This document shows positions 61,483 through 64,000 of a stretch of 64,000 bases of DNA, piece by piece (within the stretch, counting starts at the first letter, position 1; each line of letters starts with the position of its first letter). The notes under the pieces are model-generated. The model saw only the letters and a list, made by a program, of their open reading frames with translations. It searched no databases and was not told the DNA's origin. This DNA comes from Dehalococcoidia bacterium. Lineage in GTDB: Bacteria > Chloroflexota > Dehalococcoidia > UBA2979. The position numbers and the translations under genes are program-made. Location of the stretch: the NCBI GenBank assembly GCA_965262725.1, contig OZ253555.1, positions 3,008,001 to 3,072,000 on the forward strand, given 5' to 3'.

Positions 61483-64000
61483 GTGACCGCTCCCGCACGC
61501 GGCGAGCCCGGCGCCGGGCGACCGAGCCCCGCCCCCGGGGGCGCGCGCGCCGAGCGCTACGACCCCGCCTCCATAGAGCGCGGCTGGCGCGAGTGGTGGG
61601 ACGCCGAGGGGGTGAACAGCACCCCCGATCACGACCCGGAGCGCCCAAACCGCTACCACCTCACGATGTTCCCCTACACCTCCGGCGACCTGCACATCGG
61701 CCACTGGTTCGCGATGGCACCCTCCGATGCGCTGGCGCGCTTCCACCGCATGCGCGGGAGCAACGTGCTCTTCCCCATCGGCTTCGACGCCTTCGGACTC
61801 CCGGCCGAGAACGCCGCGATCCAGGGGGGAGCGCATCCCGCCGACTGGACGCGCGCCAACATCGAGCGAATGCGCGGGCAGCTGCGCTCGATGGGCGCGA
61901 TGTTCGACCTCAGCCGCGAGATCGCGACGAACGCCCCGGACTACTACCGCTGGACGCAGTGGTGGTTCCTGCTCCTCTACCGGCAGGGCCTCGCCTACCG
62001 GAAGGAGGCGCCGGCGAACTGGTGTCCCTCGTGCAACACAACGCTCGCCAACGAGCAGGTCGTGGACGGCCGCTGCGAGCGCTGCCACACCCTCGTCGAG
62101 CAGCGCCGGCTCGCGCAGTGGTTCCTGCGCATCACGCAGTACGCCGACGAGCTGCTCGAGAACGAGGAGCTGGACTGGCCCGAGCACGTCAAGCTGATGC
62201 AGCGCAACTGGATCGGCCGCTCGGAGGGAGCCGAGGCCGCCTTCCCCCTGGAGGGGGGCGGCGTCGCGAACGGAGCTGGCGAGATTCGCGTCTTCACGAC
62301 GCGACCGGACACGCTGTGCGGCGTCACCTTCATGGTGCTCGCGCCCGAGCACGAACTCGTCGAGCGGCTCACCCGCGAGGAGCAGAAGGGCTCCGTCGAC
62401 GCGTACGTGCGCCAAGCGGCTCACGCCACCGACATCGAGCGGCAGGCGACCGACCGTCCGAAGAGCGGCGTCTTCACCGGCTCCTACTGCCTGAACCCGC
62501 TCACCGGCGACCGCGTGCCGATCTGGATCGCCGACTACGCGCTCGCCTCCTACGGGACGGGCGCCGTGATGGGCGTACCGGCGCACGACCAGCGCGACTT
62601 CGAGTTCGCCGAGCAATTCGATCTCCCGATCCCGGTCGTCGTCGCGCCGCCCGGGTGGGACGGCGAGCCGCTCACGACCGCCTACGTCGAGCCGGGGACG
62701 ATGGTCGGCTCCGGCCGGTTCGACGGGATGCCTTCCGAGGAGGCGAAAGAAGCGATCGCCCGCCACCTCGAGGAGCACGGGCAGGGCGGGCCCACCGTTA
62801 CCTACCGGCTGCGCGACTGGCTGATCTCCCGGCAACGGTACTGGGGGGCGCCGATTCCGATCGTCTACTGCGAGCGCTGCGGCGAGCAGCCGGTGCGCGA
62901 TGACGCACTCCCGGTGGAGCTCCCCTATGACGTGGAGTTCCTGCCCACGGGGGAGTCGCCGCTCGGGCGCTCCGAGGAGTTCGTGAGTGCCACCTGCCCG
63001 GCGTGCGAGGGGGCGGCGCGGCGCGAGACCGACACGATGGACACCTTCATGTGCTCCTCGTGGTACTTCATGCGCTACTCCGATCCGCACAACTCCGAGC
63101 ACCCCGTCTCGCCGGAAGCCGCTGAGAGCTGGCTCCCGGTCGACCAGTACACCGGCGGCTCCGAGCACGCGACGATGCACCTCCTCTACGCGCGCTTCTT
63201 CTACAAGGCGGCGCGCGATGCGGGCCTGGTCCCGGGCGACGAGCCCTTCACGCGCTACTTCAGCCAGGGACAGATCCTCGGCCCCGACGGCCGGCGCATG
63301 TCGAAGTCACGCGGCAACGTCGTGGCGCCGGACACCCAGGTCGAGCGATGGGGGAGCGACGCCTTCCGCTGCTACCTGATGTTCCTCGGCCCGTGGGAGC
63401 AGGGCGGCCCGTACGACCCCGACGGGATCGTGGGGGTCGCGCGCTGGCTCAACCGCGTTTGGTCGGTCGCGACCGAGCCGGCCGACCTCGCCGACTCGGG
63501 GGACCCGGCCGCCGCGCGCTCCCTCCGGCAGGCGGCGCACCAGACGCTCGCGCGCGTGACGGGGGATCTGGAGCGACTGCGCTTCAACACGATGGTCGCC
63601 GCTCTCATGGAGTACACGAACGCGCTATGGCGCAGCCGCGAGTCCGGGGCCCAGGACCGCGGCGCCTGGGAGGAGGCCCAGGAACTCCTGGCGCTGATGC
63701 TCGCGCCGGCATGCCCGCACCTCGCCGAGGAGCTCTGGCACCGCGCCGGTCACGAGAGCTCCGTGCACAGGCAGCGGTGGCCCGAGGCCGACCCCGACCT
63801 CGTTCGCCGCGAGACGATAGAGCTCCCCGTCCAGGTCAACGGACGCGTCCGCGAGCGCCTGGAGATCTCCTCCGACGCCGACGAGGCGGCAGTACGCGAG
63901 GCAGCGCTCGGCTCCGAGCGCGTGCGCGCGCACCTCGCCGGGCGCGAGATAGTGCGGACGATCTACATCCCCGGCCGGATGCTCAACCTCGTCGCGAGGT
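61483..64000 (+). CDS. leuS: Leucine--tRNA ligase (stop codon falls at the window edge)
   Basis: GAGGAGG RBS then GTG; MFPYTSGDLHIGHW, WIGRSEG, FTTRPDT, RLRDWLISRQRYWG, RMSKSRGN, VQVNG, LNLV. Confidence 0.96.
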   Translation, partial: MTAPARGEPGAGRPSPAPGGARAERYDPASIERGWREWWDAEGVNSTPDHDPERPNRYHLTMFPYTSGDLHIGHWFAMAPSDALARFHRMRGSNVLFPIGFDAFGLPAENAAIQGGAHPADWTRANIERMRGQLRSMGAMFDLSREIATNAPDYYRWTQWWFLLLYRQGLAYRKEAPANWCPSCNTTLANEQVVDGRCERCHTLVEQRRLAQWFLRITQYADELLENEELDWPEHVKLMQRNWIGRSEGAEAAFPLEGGGVANGAGEIRVFTTRPDTLCGVTFMVLAPEHELVERLTREEQKGSVDAYVRQAAHATDIERQATDRPKSGVFTGSYCLNPLTGDRVPIWIADYALASYGTGAVMGVPAHDQRDFEFAEQFDLPIPVVVAPPGWDGEPLTTAYVEPGTMVGSGRFDGMPSEEAKEAIARHLEEHGQGGPTVTYRLRDWLISRQRYWGAPIPIVYCERCGEQPVRDDALPVELPYDVEFLPTGESPLGRSEEFVSATCPACEGAARRETDTMDTFMCSSWYFMRYSDPHNSEHPVSPEAAESWLPVDQYTGGSEHATMHLLYARFFYKAARDAGLVPGDEPFTRYFSQGQILGPDGRRMSKSRGNVVAPDTQVERWGSDAFRCYLMFLGPWEQGGPYDPDGIVGVARWLNRVWSVATEPADLADSGDPAAARSLRQAAHQTLARVTGDLERLRFNTMVAALMEYTNALWRSRESGAQDRGAWEEAQELLALMLAPACPHLAEELWHRAGHESSVHRQRWPEADPDLVRRETIELPVQVNGRVRERLEISSDADEAAVREAALGSERVRAHLAGREIVRTIYIPGRMLNLVAR

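Overview
High-GC bacterial window, probably Chloroflexota (Dehalococcoidia-like); this is inferred from the N-terminally extended GreA and the cta/ccm gene set. From 1 to 29 kb it is mostly housekeeping: an oxidoreductase/hydrolase/amidase cluster, folP, nadE, a caa3-type cytochrome c oxidase operon (ctaCDEF, ctaG), a divergent System I cytochrome c maturation and heme A/O operon (resA-like, ccmE/F/H/A/B/C/D, ctaA, ctaB), a molybdo-oxidoreductase/cytochrome b pair, greA, rsmG and tRNA-Ala(GGC). A mosaic accessory region follows the tRNA: a truncated CX5R phosphatase, an ADP-ribosylglycohydrolase with an unknown C-terminal domain, an AddB/AddA-like helicase-nuclease pair, DUF1697, an M16 protease lipoprotein, an MMPL transporter, dcd, a stand-alone AddB N-terminal paralog fragment and a DUF429 gene. 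Two RNA-based mobile elements are readable directly from the sequence. The first is an 862-nt ORF-less group II intron whose exact removal restores the EVYPH motif and reading frame of the DUF429 gene. The second is an IS110/IS900-type element with an amber-interrupted recombinase, a non-coding left end carrying bridge-RNA-like donor guides, and a promoter that forms on circularisation. The window ends with a glycine-betaine ABC transporter, an amino-acid-binding protein, an MFS transporter, a PQQ sugar dehydrogenase and leuS.
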